Shown: positions 40,224 to 51,308 of the stretch, in pieces | Layout: every line of letters begins with the position of its first letter | How positions within the stretch are numbered: position 1 is the stretch's first letter | DNA from: an uncultured Bifidobacterium sp. | Lineage (GTDB): Bacteria; Actinomycetota; Actinomycetes; Nanopelagicales; Nanopelagicaceae | Direction of reading: 5' to 3' | Length of the DNA: 64,000 nucleotides | Assembly (NCBI GenBank): GCA_964567545.1 | Contig: CAZMNB010000001.1 | Coordinates: forward strand, 43,763 to 107,762 | Notes under the pieces: generated by a model | Databases searched by the model: none | What the model was told of the DNA's origin: nothing | The model's input: the letters and a program-made list of their open reading frames with translations, nothing else | Made by a program: the position numbers and the translations under genes

Positions 40224-41892
40224 CAGTTAATGGATCGCCACCGCTTGCAGTTTTAGGGAAAGCAATAACTTCACGGATCGAATCTGAACCGGTAATTAGC
40301 GCACATAACCGATCTAACCCGAGCGCAATACCTCCGTGTGGAGGTGGACCGTAGTTAAAAGCTTCCAGCAAGAAACCGAATTTACTTTCAGCTTCTGCTT
40401 TTGAAAGCCCAATCACTTCAAAAACTTTCTGTTGGATGTCGCGTCGATGGATACGAATCGAACCGCCACCAATCTCATTTCCATTTAAAACTATGTCATA
40501 GGCATACGCCAAGGCCGTTGCTGGGTCTTGCGCGAAACTTTTTTCAAATTCTGGTTTTGGGCCAGTGAACGGATGATGTACCGCGCTCCATCCGCCACCA
40601 TCAATTTTTTCAAACATCGGTGCATCAACTATCCAGAGGAAATTCCAAGCTGTCTTATCGATCAGGCCAGAACGTTCGCCGATTTCTAACCGAACTGCAC
40701 CTAGTAGGTTTTGCGAACTTTGCCGTTCTCCGGCAGCAAAAAATATTGCATCGCCAGGTTTAGCTCCAGTAACCGCGGCGATTCCGGCGGTTTCAAATTC
40801 GGAGAGATTTTTCGCAACTGGTCCACCTAAAGAACCATCAGATTGCACCAAAATATAGGCCAACCCTTTAGCACCCCGAGCTTTTGCCCAATCCTGCCAC
40901 GCATCTAAATCACGTCTTGCTGAACTTGCGCCACCAGGCATGATCACAGCGCCAACATATTCCGCTTGGAAAACTCGAAAACTAGTCTTTGCAAAGAATT
41001 CTGTGACATCAGAAAGTTCATTACTAAATCTCAAATCTGGTTTATCCGATCCATATCTACGCATCGCCTCGTGGTAGGTCATGTGTGGAATCGGCATTGG
41101 TATTTCGTAGCCAACTACCTCTTTAAATACTCGGGATATTACTTTTTCCGCAATCTGTAATACGTCAGCTTGATCTACAAACGACATCTCGATATCCAAC
41201 TGGGTAAATTCTGGTTGGCGATCAGCTCGGAAATCTTCATCTCTAAAACATCTAGCAATTTGGTAATACCGTTCCATGCCAGCAACCATTAAAAGTTGCT
41301 TAAATAATTGCGGCGATTGCGGCAACGCATACCAACTGCCTGGTTGTAATCGCACCGGTACTAGAAAATCTCGGGCTCCTTCTGGTGTGGAGCGTGTTAA
41401 ATATGGAGTTTCAATTTCTAAGAAATCACTTTCAGCCATGACTGTGCGAATTACTGAAGTAATTTTTGATCGAACTCGTAAATTATGTGCCGGCACCTCC
41501 CGACGTAAATCCAAATAGCGATACTTTAATCTAACCTCTTCACTGATATTAGAGGTATCACCGCTATCTACTGGAAATGGTAACGGTGCAGCCTCCGATA
41601 AAACCATCAATTCTTTACAGTTGATTTCAATTGCACCAGTTGGTATTGCGCTATTTTCATTTCCCTTTGGGCGCGCAACTACTTCACCGACAATAAGAAC
41701 GCACCATTCCGCTCGGAGCGCCCCCGCAACCGCTTCGTCTGAAATAACTACCTGTACCGCACCGGTTGCATCTCTTAAGTCGATAAAAGCTACGCCCCCA
41801 TGATCGCGTCGGCGCGCTACCCAACCGGCCAATTTAATTTCGCTACCAATATGCGATGCTCGAATATCGCCAGCGTTGTGAGTACGTAACAC
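40153..41892 (-). CDS. aspS: aspartate--tRNA ligase (bacterial type)
   Basis: 579 aa. An N-terminal OB fold ([19 protein letters not shown]), class II motifs ([34 protein letters not shown]) and the GAD insertion are present. Confidence 0.96.
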   Translation of the reverse strand: MLRTHNAGDIRASHIGSEIKLAGWVARRRDHGGVAFIDLRDATGAVQVVISDEAVAGALRAEWCVLIVGEVVARPKGNENSAIPTGAIEINCKELMVLSEAAPLPFPVDSGDTSNISEEVRLKYRYLDLRREVPAHNLRVRSKITSVIRTVMAESDFLEIETPYLTRSTPEGARDFLVPVRLQPGSWYALPQSPQLFKQLLMVAGMERYYQIARCFRDEDFRADRQPEFTQLDIEMSFVDQADVLQIAEKVISRVFKEVVGYEIPMPIPHMTYHEAMRRYGSDKPDLRFSNELSDVTEFFAKTSFRVFQAEYVGAVIMPGGASSARRDLDAWQDWAKARGAKGLAYILVQSDGSLGGPVAKNLSEFETAGIAAVTGAKPGDAIFFAAGERQSSQNLLGAVRLEIGERSGLIDKTAWNFLWIVDAPMFEKIDGGGWSAVHHPFTGPKPEFEKSFAQDPATALAYAYDIVLNGNEIGGGSIRIHRRDIQQKVFEVIGLSKAEAESKFGFLLEAFNYGPPPHGGIALGLDRLCALITGSDSIREVIAFPKTASGGDPLTGAPTPITPAQRKESGIDAQPEAN

Positions 41893-41908
41893 GATGCTCC
41901 TGAAATCT

Positions 41909-43156
41909 CTATTTTAAAGAAGTTGCGGTTATGGAGCTAAGAGTAACTGAAGAAGTATTGCCGGATTCCATATTTTTCAATTCACCAACGCCCGAGGCTA
42001 ATTCACTTTCACCGATTACTAGAGCGTACTTAGCGCCACTTCTATCAGCGCCTTTCATAGCGCCTTTTAGCGCACGATCTCCATAAGCGCAATCAACAAT
42101 GGCCCCATCTTTTCTTAATTTATCAATAAACTCAATCGAATAATTCTTAGCATCCTCGCCGAGTGGAATTACAAATAAATCAGGGCGCGCCTGGCTGGTC
42201 AGATCTATCCCTTCAGCTTCACAAGCAAGTAGTGTTCTATCAATTCCTAGACCAAAACCAATTCCAGAAAGATTCTGCCCGCCGAGCGATTCCATTAAGC
42301 CGTCATATCTGCCGCCGCCACCAATCCCAGATTGCGCCCCTAATAGTTCATGCACAAATTCAAAAGTGGTTCCAGTGTAATAATCCAAGCCTCTAACCAT
42401 CCGTGGATTTATAGAATATGGAATTCCTAAAATCTCTAAGTAGCGTTTTACTTTTGCAAAGTGCGCAGCGCTTGCTGGGGTTAGATAATCCAAAAGCAAT
42501 GGGGCCTTCGCCATATATTTTGCGACCGATTCTCGTTTGTCATCAAATAGCCGTAACGGATTTAGTTTTGTGCGCTCTTTAGTTGCTTCATCCAGATCCA
42601 ATTTGGCGATGAAAGCAACTAAATCTTTGCGGTGGGCGCTTCGAGAAGCCGCGTCTCCTAGCGATGTAACATCCAAGCGAAACTTAGTTAACCCCAGATT
42701 TCGATATCCAGCGTAAGCAACTGCAATTACTTCAGCATCAATTGCGGGGTCATCTAAACCGATCGCCTCAATTCCAACTTGATAGAACTGTCGATAACGA
42801 CCCGCTTGTGGTCGTTCCGCTCTAAAAAATGGCCCGGAATACCAAACCTTAACTGGCAGTTGACCTCGATCTAGCCCATGTTCAATTACAGCACGCATCA
42901 CACCCGCAGTTCCTTCTGGTCTTAAAGTGATAGACCGGCCACCGCGATCTTCAAATGTATACATTTCCTTCGAAACCACATCGGTCGATTCGCCCACGCC
43001 ACGGATAAATAATTCGGTATCTTCAAAGATTGGTAACTCTAATAATTGATACCCTGCCAATTTCGCTGGGCTTATTAATTCTTTTCTAACTTTTTCAAAT
43101 GCGATCGATCGCTCTGGAAAATATTCACTAACTCCTTTGGGGGCTTGAATTTTCAT
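41909..43156 (-). CDS. hisS: histidine--tRNA ligase
   Basis: 415 aa. [21 protein letters not shown] and GGGRYDGL motifs are present, with a C-terminal anticodon-binding domain. Confidence 0.95.
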   Translation of the reverse strand: MKIQAPKGVSEYFPERSIAFEKVRKELISPAKLAGYQLLELPIFEDTELFIRGVGESTDVVSKEMYTFEDRGGRSITLRPEGTAGVMRAVIEHGLDRGQLPVKVWYSGPFFRAERPQAGRYRQFYQVGIEAIGLDDPAIDAEVIAVAYAGYRNLGLTKFRLDVTSLGDAASRSAHRKDLVAFIAKLDLDEATKERTKLNPLRLFDDKRESVAKYMAKAPLLLDYLTPASAAHFAKVKRYLEILGIPYSINPRMVRGLDYYTGTTFEFVHELLGAQSGIGGGGRYDGLMESLGGQNLSGIGFGLGIDRTLLACEAEGIDLTSQARPDLFVIPLGEDAKNYSIEFIDKLRKDGAIVDCAYGDRALKGAMKGADRSGAKYALVIGESELASGVGELKNMESGNTSSVTLSSITATSLK

Positions 43157-43866
43157 CGTACGCCTACCGAAAGATTCTTTAAATACGGATTAGTTTTTCG
43201 TTCCTTGGCAATAGTGGTCTCTGGCCCGTGGCCCGGTAATACTCTAAATCCGTCAGATAAAGTTAATATTTTTTCCTGTAAAGTTTTAGTCATATCCGCC
43301 ATAGATCCAGTTGGTAAATCAGTTCGACCTATCGATCCAGCAAAAAGTACGTCGCCAGTTACTGCGATCTCATTTTCTACCAGAAAAATAACAGAGCCTT
43401 GAGTGTGGCCAGGTGCATGCAGAACTTTTATTGACATTCCAGCGATTGCGAGAATTTCATTGCTCTTAATCTCCTTAACGTTCTCCGGTTCGTAATATTT
43501 TTCGCGTCCGGTTTCGCTACCCAACATTGATAATAATTGAATTGATTCTGCGCTTAGCGCACGTTCTGGATATGTAAGCAATTCACGATCGCCGGAATGG
43601 ATATATGTGATAAAACTATTTGTAGCTTCTCCGATTTCATCTGATTGGGCAAGCGGGAGAACCGAAAAAGTGTGATCTAAATGGCCATGGGTTAGCAGCG
43701 CCGCAACTGGCTTTAACTTGAATTTTTCAACGATTTCGAAGATTTCATTTGTTAAATCTGGAATCGCAATTCCTGGGTCAACAATCACGCATTCCTGGTT
43801 CTTACCGGTGGCTAAAATCCAACAATTGGTTCCGAAAAAGGGTGCTGCTATCGATTCAACTAACAT
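43153..43866 (-). CDS. MBL-fold metallo-hydrolase (glyoxalase II-like)
   Basis: THGHLDHT (the HxHxDH motif) and a distal H/D are present. The ORF is open to a GTG at 43881, but the ATG at 43866 has the SD AAGGGG upstream and gives the usual MLV...FGTNCW N-terminus. Its position next to hisS is as in mycobacteria. Confidence 0.85.
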   Translation of the reverse strand: MLVESIAAPFFGTNCWILATGKNQECVIVDPGIAIPDLTNEIFEIVEKFKLKPVAALLTHGHLDHTFSVLPLAQSDEIGEATNSFITYIHSGDRELLTYPERALSAESIQLLSMLGSETGREKYYEPENVKEIKSNEILAIAGMSIKVLHAPGHTQGSVIFLVENEIAVTGDVLFAGSIGRTDLPTGSMADMTKTLQEKILTLSDGFRVLPGHGPETTIAKERKTNPYLKNLSVGVR

Positions 43867-44119
43867 CTCACCCCTTCTCACCGCGCTTACAAAGCGGTTT
43901 AAGTTGAATTTTCCCCGCCTTGTGAGCTGAAATCCCCTGGCCTTTTACTCAACTAGGGGTTCAGGGTACCTTTACCCTCTGCCGGAGCGCTTGATTTACT
44001 CTCCAATTAGAGTGTGAAAATAGTAATTCGGTAACTGCAGTAATTAACAAAACCGCCCAATACGACAACAGAGCGTAAATCGTGCAAACGATAATCGCGC
44101 AAGGGAAAGCAGGTTCCAC

Positions 44120-45424
44120 ATGGAAAATGGATCTAATCAACAAACTATCAATTCGCCCGCCGCAGCTCTCGTTGGAGATCCTGCAAAATATGGCCGGGTA
44201 GCTGCCGATGGGACTGTCTACGTAATCACCGGCGAAGGTGAAAAAGCAGTTGGTTCATATCCTGGTAAAACACCTGAAGAAGCCCTTGCCTACTTTGTTA
44301 GAAAATTTGAAGCGCTCGCTTCCGAAGTGGCGCTATTAGCAGCTCGCATTAAAAGTGGCGCGATGGTTCCCTCTGATGCTCATGCGGCAGTAACTAAATT
44401 AAGTCAACAAGTTGAAAATCTAAATGGAGTTGGTAATTTAGCTGCCCTAAAGTTATCGGTAGAACAAATTCCGCAACTGATTGAAGAACATAAAAATATT
44501 TTTGAAGCCCGTAAAGCTGCCGAGGCGGCGGCAAAGGCAGTAAAGCGCGCCGAGGGCCAGGCCGTTAAAGAAAAACTTGTGGCTGAAGCCGAAATGCATG
44601 CGTTGTCAGAAAATTGGAAACTCACAAGTGAACGCTTAAAGACGCTTCTTGATGAATGGAAAAAAGCGCCAAGACTTGATAAGAAAACTGATGCAGATCT
44701 TTGGAAACGGTTCTCTGCTTCACGTAACAAATTTGATAAACGACGACGCACTCATTTCGCTACGCTGCTGCAGGCACAAGCAGCCGTAAAGACGGCAAAA
44801 GAAGTAATTGTTTCGGAAGCTGAATCGCTAGCTAACTCACGTGATTGGGTTGCAACTGCTCGCCGGTACAAAACGCTGATGGATCATTGGAAACTATCCG
44901 GTCGGGGAAAGAAGAGTGATGATGCAAAACTATGGGCTCGCTTCAAAGCCGCTCAAGATACTTTCTTCTCCGCAAAAAATTCGGATCTAGAAAAACGCCA
45001 AGGCACTATGAGCGAGAATCTAGCCAAACGAGAATCTCTGATTCTAGAAATTGAAGCTATCTTGCCGATCACCAATTTAGATGAATCTCGCCGGAAGTTC
45101 CGAGATCTACAAAGTAAGTGGAGCAAAATCGGTATGACTGAGCGGAGTAAACGAGCCGCTTTTGATAAACGATTTGATCTCGTGGAATCGGCTATCAAAG
45201 AAGCTGAAGCCGAGAAATGGCGAAAGAGTGATCCAACTGCAAAAGCTCGCGCTAATGATGTGGTCTCTCAACTTTCTGCCGCAGTAGCGAATTATGAAGC
45301 CCAGGCTGAAAAAGCTGAAACTTCAGGAAATACGAAAAAAGCAACCGAACTAAGAGAGGCCGCTGCCGCTCGTCGTACTTGGTTAGCTGAAGCTGAAAAA
45401 GGGCTATCTGAATTCACTAATTAA
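44120..45424 (+). CDS. DUF349 repeat protein
   Basis: 434 aa, highly charged and helical. It contains repeated units of the type W(K/S)K.GR..K..D..LW.RF......F..(K/R) (for example DADLWKRFSASRNKFDKRRRTHF and DAKLWARFKAAQDTFFSAKN). It is convergent with rel. Confidence 0.8.
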   Translation: MENGSNQQTINSPAAALVGDPAKYGRVAADGTVYVITGEGEKAVGSYPGKTPEEALAYFVRKFEALASEVALLAARIKSGAMVPSDAHAAVTKLSQQVENLNGVGNLAALKLSVEQIPQLIEEHKNIFEARKAAEAAAKAVKRAEGQAVKEKLVAEAEMHALSENWKLTSERLKTLLDEWKKAPRLDKKTDADLWKRFSASRNKFDKRRRTHFATLLQAQAAVKTAKEVIVSEAESLANSRDWVATARRYKTLMDHWKLSGRGKKSDDAKLWARFKAAQDTFFSAKNSDLEKRQGTMSENLAKRESLILEIEAILPITNLDESRRKFRDLQSKWSKIGMTERSKRAAFDKRFDLVESAIKEAEAEKWRKSDPTAKARANDVVSQLSAAVANYEAQAEKAETSGNTKKATELREAAAARRTWLAEAEKGLSEFTN

Positions 45425-47595
45425 TTATTAGTAACTCGGGATACATCGTAAACTCCTTCAATGTTTCGTACCGCTGTTAAAATTGCATCTAGGTGTGATG
45501 CATCTGCCATTTCAAATGAAAATCGCGAAATAGCTACTCGGTCCCTAGAAGTATTTACAGCAGCACTCAAAATATTTACATGCTGATCTGAAAGAGTTCT
45601 CGTAACATCCGAAAGTAATCGTGCTCGATCCAACGCCTCAACCTGGATATTAACTAAGTAGATACTCTTCACTGTTGGATCCCATTTAACTCCAACCATT
45701 CGATCACCTTGATTCAATTCCAAATCTGAAACGTTTACACAATCTACTCGATGAATTGAAACACCACTTCCCTTCGTAATAAAGCCCGTGATTGCATCAC
45801 CCGGAACCGGCGTACAACAACGAGCTAACTTGATCAGAACCTCGCCAACGCCTTCAACAATTACTCCCGAAGCGCTCCGCTTTGGCGCATGAACTGTAGC
45901 GCCACTGATTAAATTTTCTATCGCTGGTTCTTCATGGGTATCGTTTAAGCCAAGCGCAGTTACTAATTTCTCAATAATCGAAGTTGATGAGACATGTCCA
46001 TCACCAACCGCCGCATAAAGTGTTTCAATATCTGGATATCGCAGCTCGTGTGCAAGTTCTAAAAGTGCATGTCCAGCCAGAATTTTTTGCAACGGCAAGC
46101 CAGCTTTTCGCATCTGGCGTGCAATAGATTCTTTACCAGCATCGATTGCTTCTTCCCGACGTTCTTTACTAAACCAGGCTTTGATCTTAGAACGCGCTCT
46201 AGGTGATTTGGCAAAAGCAAGCCAATCCCTACTTGGTCCGGAAATTTCACTCTTATTCAACACAACTTCTATTACATCGCCATTTACTAATGGAACCGCT
46301 AAAGCTACCAATTTTCCATTTACTTTTGCACCAACGCAGTGGTTCCCAACTTCAGTATGAACGGCATAAGCAAAATCAACCGGGGTTGATCCCTCTGGAA
46401 GTGCAATCACACTACCTTTTGGCGTAAAAACAAAAACTTCTGGGGTCCGCAAGTCATACCGAAGCGCATCTAAAAACTCATTTACATCTGAAGTCTCTTG
46501 CTGCCATTCATGTAACTGTTTCAACCAGAGCATATCTGGACTTGCGATTTCGGTTTTAGTTTTTTTGCCAAGTTTGTACTTCCAATGCGCGGCAATTCCG
46601 TACTCAGCCCGAGCATGCATATCTTGAGTTCGAATCTGAATTTCAACGGCTTTTCCATTAGGTCCGATTACCGTAGTGTGAAGTGATTGATAGAGATTGA
46701 ATTTAGGCATGGCGATGTAATCTTTGAAGCGACCTGGGACTGGACTCCATCGAGCGTGCACTGCACCAAGTACTGCATAGCAATCACGCACATCTTCAAC
46801 CAACACCCTAATCCCTACTAAATCGTAAATGTCATTAAAATCTCGGCCGCGTACCACCATCTTCTGATACACGCTATAAAGATGCTTCTGCCTACCATTA
46901 ACTTCAGCTTTGATCTTCTCACTTTTCAAATCAGCTTTTAAAGTCTCCACGAACTCTTCCGTCAATTTAGAGCGAGAAGGAGAACGTTCCGCAACCAATC
47001 GCTCAATTTCTTCATACTTTTTTGGTTCTAGAGTTCTAAAAGATAAGTCCTCTAGCTCCCACTTAATCGCATTCATGCCGAGTCGATTAGCTAACGGGGC
47101 GTAAATATCAATAGTTTCACGAGCTTTACGTTGTGCGGATTCAACTGAAACATATTGCCAAGTTCGCGCATTATGAAGGCGATCACATAGCTTTATTACT
47201 AGAACTCGAATATCGCGCGACATTGCAACTACCATTTTGCGAACCGTCTCAGCCTCAGCGCTTGCTCCGTAAGTCAATTTATCTAACTTAGTAACACCAT
47301 CTACTAAACCAGCAATTTCGTCACCAAAATCTTTCTTAACCTCGGCGAGCGAATAAGGCGTATCTTCAACAGTGTCATGTAGCAATGCCGCTGCAATCGT
47401 TGCGATATCAAGACCAAGTTCGGCAAGAATTTCAGCAACAGCCACAGGATGAGTTATATAAGGATCACCAGATTTTCGTAATTGACCAGCGTGTGCAGTT
47501 TCAGCGGTGGCAAACGCTCTTTCAAGAATTTCCATCTCATTCTTGCTGGCACGCTCTAGCATCCGACTTGTGATACTGGAAATGGATGCACTCAT
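45421..47595 (-). CDS. relA: bifunctional (p)ppGpp synthetase/hydrolase Rel (RSH long form)
   Basis: 724 aa. The HD hydrolase domain (HPVAVAEILAEL...LLHDTVEDT), the synthetase domain (YQSLHTTV), TGS and ACT domains are all present. Confidence 0.95.
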   Translation of the reverse strand: MSASISSITSRMLERASKNEMEILERAFATAETAHAGQLRKSGDPYITHPVAVAEILAELGLDIATIAAALLHDTVEDTPYSLAEVKKDFGDEIAGLVDGVTKLDKLTYGASAEAETVRKMVVAMSRDIRVLVIKLCDRLHNARTWQYVSVESAQRKARETIDIYAPLANRLGMNAIKWELEDLSFRTLEPKKYEEIERLVAERSPSRSKLTEEFVETLKADLKSEKIKAEVNGRQKHLYSVYQKMVVRGRDFNDIYDLVGIRVLVEDVRDCYAVLGAVHARWSPVPGRFKDYIAMPKFNLYQSLHTTVIGPNGKAVEIQIRTQDMHARAEYGIAAHWKYKLGKKTKTEIASPDMLWLKQLHEWQQETSDVNEFLDALRYDLRTPEVFVFTPKGSVIALPEGSTPVDFAYAVHTEVGNHCVGAKVNGKLVALAVPLVNGDVIEVVLNKSEISGPSRDWLAFAKSPRARSKIKAWFSKERREEAIDAGKESIARQMRKAGLPLQKILAGHALLELAHELRYPDIETLYAAVGDGHVSSTSIIEKLVTALGLNDTHEEPAIENLISGATVHAPKRSASGVIVEGVGEVLIKLARCCTPVPGDAITGFITKGSGVSIHRVDCVNVSDLELNQGDRMVGVKWDPTVKSIYLVNIQVEALDRARLLSDVTRTLSDQHVNILSAAVNTSRDRVAISRFSFEMADASHLDAILTAVRNIEGVYDVSRVTNN

Positions 47596-47610
47596 ATTGA
47601 CAACTAATCG

Positions 47611-48705
47611 TTAACGGCGGTTCTTGCGCTTTCGCTTTGGTTGATTTCGTGGACCTCGTGGTCGATCATCGTTTTGAACTGAATCAATTTTTTCGTTTGA
47701 GTTATTTGTAACCGCGCTCTGGAATAAGGACGTAGCCGCAACACCACCGCGCGCCGCAACCCGTTTGGTAAGCGCTTGCATTGCAGGTTCGCGTTCTCTA
47801 AGTGCTGCAAGTAATGGGGTTGCGATGAAAATAGAAGAATAAGTTCCAGTTGCTAGGCCAATGAATAGCGCGAGTGAAAGGTCCTTAAGCGTGCCAGCCC
47901 CAAGCAGTCCAGCGCCGACAAAGAGAATCGACCCCACTGGAATTAACGCAGTTAGAGAGGTATTGAAAGAACGAACTAACGTTTGATTCACGGCAAGGTT
48001 TGCCGCTTGTGAATATGTCATTTTTCCGGAGCTTGTCACCGATTTAGTGTTTTCGCGAACCTTATCGAAAACCACAACAGTGTCGTAAAGTGAGTATCCA
48101 AGAATTGTTAAAAATCCAATAACTGTCGCCGGCGTAACATCAAATCCAACTAACGCATAGATTCCTACAGTAATGAAGACGTCATGAATCACGGCCACGA
48201 TTGCGGCAACCGCCATCTTAGGTTCGAAAGCCATCGCCAGATAAAGCATCACGACCAATATGAAAGCAATCAGACCATAGAGCGCTTTCCGGGTAATTTC
48301 TTTACCCCATGACGGGCCAACGCTCTGGGTATCAATTGATTCAACTTTCACGCCAAATTTTGCCGCCAACGCATCTTGAATTGCGTTGGATTCAGCTGAG
48401 GTAAGGGCGCCAGTTTGAACCTGAACCTTATTATTACCAATTTTTTGAACTATAACTTCTGAGACTACGCCAGTAGTTGTGACTGCACTTCGCGCAGCTT
48501 CAACAGTTACACCTGATTGTGTAACCATAAAAGACGAGCCGCCTTTAAATTCAATGCCAAGTTTCAACCCTTGCACACTCAGGGCGAAGATCGAAGCGAT
48601 AATTAGAATTCCAGAAAAGGCATACCACCGGCGTCGCTTCCCTACGAAATCAATGGATTTTTCGCCGCGGTAAAGTCGCCCGCCTATGCCTGCCAATGAT
48701 GACAT
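47611..48705 (-). CDS. secF: protein translocase subunit SecF
   Basis: 364 aa. The SecF 6-TM core (ILGYSLYDTVVVFDKVREN) is followed by a basic C-terminal tail. It lies downstream of secD. Confidence 0.93.
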   Translation of the reverse strand: MSSLAGIGGRLYRGEKSIDFVGKRRRWYAFSGILIIASIFALSVQGLKLGIEFKGGSSFMVTQSGVTVEAARSAVTTTGVVSEVIVQKIGNNKVQVQTGALTSAESNAIQDALAAKFGVKVESIDTQSVGPSWGKEITRKALYGLIAFILVVMLYLAMAFEPKMAVAAIVAVIHDVFITVGIYALVGFDVTPATVIGFLTILGYSLYDTVVVFDKVRENTKSVTSSGKMTYSQAANLAVNQTLVRSFNTSLTALIPVGSILFVGAGLLGAGTLKDLSLALFIGLATGTYSSIFIATPLLAALREREPAMQALTKRVAARGGVAATSLFQSAVTNNSNEKIDSVQNDDRPRGPRNQPKRKRKNRR

Positions 48706-48710
48706 AACGA

Positions 48711-50243
48711 TTACTCCCCTACTTTTGCGGTTGAAGTTTTTGGAGCGATACCTAAACTCTTCTGCGAGAATCCACTAATAGCAGAGCCGCTGTTAAAGAA
48801 TTTTTGAGAAGCCATGATTGTTACCAATGGTTTTGTAAAGAAGAAAACTACGAGTAAATCCACGACCGTAGTCAAGCCAAGTGTGAAAGCAAAACCTCGT
48901 ACTCCGCCAACTGCAAAGAAATAGAGAAGTACCGCAGCTATTAGTGAAACTAAATCGGCGACAATGATGGTATGTCGAGCCCGGAGCCAACCACTTTCTA
49001 CCGCTGAGCGAAGTGAACGTCCTTCGCGAACCTCATCTCGCAATCGCTCAAAATAAACAATAAAGGAGTCAGCTGTAATACCGATCGAAACGATTGCTCC
49101 AGCGATACCCGCCAACGTCAACGTGAAACCAATCCATTGACCAAGCAGTAAGAAAAGCACATAAACCAGAGCTGATGCGACCGCAAGTGATCCAACTGAA
49201 ACTATCCCTAATCCACGGTAATAGAGCATCGAATAGAGCACGACTAAAAAGAGTCCTAGATATCCAGCGAGCAAACCAGCGCGTAACTGATCCGCACCCA
49301 ACGTTGGCGAAACCTGTTGCACTTCACCGCGATCGAAAGCTAATGGCAGCGCACCATATTTAAGGACGTTTGCCAGATCTTGCGCCTCGGCTTGGCTGAA
49401 ACTTCCAGTAATTTGCGCATTGCCGGAGACGATTGCTTCGTTAATTCGTGGAGCGGAAACTACTAAACCATCGAGAACAATCGCTACTTGATTCTGCGGC
49501 GATGGCAGTGAAACTACTCGGGTCGTAATGTCGCCAAACTTTTTAGTTCCATCGTTATTAAATGAGAGCGATACATACCAACCGGCAGCGCCTTGTTGAT
49601 CGATTGCTGCAGTTGCTTTAGATACATCTCTACCAACTACCTCTGCATTGGATAGCACGAACTTACTTACTCCGGCACGGTCACAAGCAACGATCTGCGC
49701 GTTTGCATCATCGCCACCGCCTGCCTGTCGGGAAGTTGCGAGTGAACAATCTAGCCCTGCGAATTTAGCGGCAGACTCGCTAGTCACTCCAGCGGGCAGA
49801 GTTGCAGTAGCGGTGTCACCAGTTAATGAGGTTGCGTTAGCTGCCCCTTCGACTAAAACCTGACGAAATCTAAGTTCTGCTGTTTGACCAACTAACTCAA
49901 CAACCCGGCGACCAGTATCTCCTGGTACTGAAATTACAATCTGTCGATTAACACCACTACCTTGACTAGAAACTTCACTCTCAGCAACTCCGAGGGAGTT
50001 AACGCGTTGCCGAATGATTGATACAGCTTGATCAATCGCCTCACTAGTTACTTTTCCACTCTCACCTGCTGCGATCCGCGGTTGCAAGGTAACGCTGGTG
50101 CCGCCTCGCAAATCTAAACCAAGCTTTACCGCTGTCGCACCTTGAACAACAGCAATTGCAAAGAGGGCAACGATCGATGCCAGCAAGATGAGAATGGTTC
50201 GAGCCGGATGATGGGCGGACTTAGTGGAGGTATTTGATGACAT
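48711..50243 (-). CDS. secD: protein translocase subunit SecD
   Basis: About 510 aa. LGLDLRGGTSVTL, a large periplasmic P1 domain and a C-terminal 6-TM domain (SIGITADSFIVYFERLRDE) are present. The ORF is open to a TTG at 50252, but the ATG at 50243 is the more likely start. Confidence 0.93.
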   Translation of the reverse strand: MSSNTSTKSAHHPARTILILLASIVALFAIAVVQGATAVKLGLDLRGGTSVTLQPRIAAGESGKVTSEAIDQAVSIIRQRVNSLGVAESEVSSQGSGVNRQIVISVPGDTGRRVVELVGQTAELRFRQVLVEGAANATSLTGDTATATLPAGVTSESAAKFAGLDCSLATSRQAGGGDDANAQIVACDRAGVSKFVLSNAEVVGRDVSKATAAIDQQGAAGWYVSLSFNNDGTKKFGDITTRVVSLPSPQNQVAIVLDGLVVSAPRINEAIVSGNAQITGSFSQAEAQDLANVLKYGALPLAFDRGEVQQVSPTLGADQLRAGLLAGYLGLFLVVLYSMLYYRGLGIVSVGSLAVASALVYVLFLLLGQWIGFTLTLAGIAGAIVSIGITADSFIVYFERLRDEVREGRSLRSAVESGWLRARHTIIVADLVSLIAAVLLYFFAVGGVRGFAFTLGLTTVVDLLVVFFFTKPLVTIMASQKFFNSGSAISGFSQKSLGIAPKTSTAKVGE

Positions 50244-50254
50244 GGGGAGCAAGT

Positions 50255-51304
50255 CTAGGCATCTTCGACTGGTGTGTCGAAAATGCTCATATTTCCCGAT
50301 ATTAGTGGCGCAACTTTCCCTAAATGTTTCCAGGCGGCGCTAGTTGCAATTCGGCCGCGTGGGGAACGAGCAATAAACCCTGCTCTAACTAAGAATGGTT
50401 CCGCAACGCTCTCAATTGTTTCCGTTTCTTCGCCAACTGCCATCGCCAAAGTTGAAAGCCCAACTGGACCACCGTTAAAGCGTTCTATCAACGCAGTCAG
50501 GACCGCTTTATCAAGCCGATCCAAACCAATATGGTCCACTTCATACATAGTCAAAGCTGCACTTGTGTCTTCTAGGGTTACCGCCCCATCTCCGTGTACT
50601 TGCGAAAAATCTCGCACTCTTCTTAACAGTCTATTTGCAATTCGTGGCGTTCCTCTTGAACGTTTCCCAATCTCTAAAATCGCATTCGGAGAAATCTCCA
50701 AAGTTAATAACTCAGCACTTCTTTTAACGATCTTTGTTAAATCTACATCATCATAGAAATCTAAATGGGCGGTAAACCCAAAACGATCGCGTAGCGGCGC
50801 AGGTAGTAATCCGGCGCGAGTTGTAGCGCCAACTAATGTGAAATGTGGCAACGTTAACGGGATTGCAGTTGCACCAGGACCTTTACCAACAATTACATCT
50901 ACCCGGAAATCTTCCATTGCCATGTAGAGCATTTCTTCTGCCGGTCTAGCCATGCGATGAATCTCGTCGAGAAAAAGAATTTCGCCCTCTACCAAAGAAG
51001 CAAGAATTGAGGCTAAATCTCCAGCATGCTGAATGGCAGGCCCACTTGTAATTCGGATTGGTGCATTCATCTCGCTTGCCACAATCATTGCTAACGTGGT
51101 TTTACCTAAACCTGGTGGACCAGAGAATAAAATATGATCAGCCGGAGCGTTACGTTCGCGAGCGGCGCGCAACAACAGACCAATCTGGTCTTTAACACGT
51201 TGTTGTCCTACAAAATCTATCAGCGTGCTAGGTCGTAGTGTTTGTTCTAATGATAAATCTTCACTCTCCGCCGCAGGCTTCATTGAGAATTCGGAATCGG
51301 TCAT
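50255..51304 (-). CDS. ruvB: Holliday junction branch migration ATPase RuvB
   Basis: 349 aa. Walker [12 protein letters not shown], Walker B LFLDEIHR and the motif [16 protein letters not shown] are present. Confidence 0.97.
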   Translation of the reverse strand: MTDSEFSMKPAAESEDLSLEQTLRPSTLIDFVGQQRVKDQIGLLLRAARERNAPADHILFSGPPGLGKTTLAMIVASEMNAPIRITSGPAIQHAGDLASILASLVEGEILFLDEIHRMARPAEEMLYMAMEDFRVDVIVGKGPGATAIPLTLPHFTLVGATTRAGLLPAPLRDRFGFTAHLDFYDDVDLTKIVKRSAELLTLEISPNAILEIGKRSRGTPRIANRLLRRVRDFSQVHGDGAVTLEDTSAALTMYEVDHIGLDRLDKAVLTALIERFNGGPVGLSTLAMAVGEETETIESVAEPFLVRAGFIARSPRGRIATSAAWKHLGKVAPLISGNMSIFDTPVEDA

Positions 51305-51308
51305 GCAG

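Noticed and set aside
43961-44143. 60-aa hydrophobic minus-strand ORF in the MBL/DUF349 spacer
   Set aside because: It could be a small membrane protein, but its ATG lies inside the DUF349 coding region and no SD is visible. AT-rich spacers readily give Phe, Ile and Leu-rich frames. I kept it only as a note under the spacer finding.
50274-50756. 160-aa plus-strand ORF
   Set aside because: It is antisense to ruvB and is a shadow frame.
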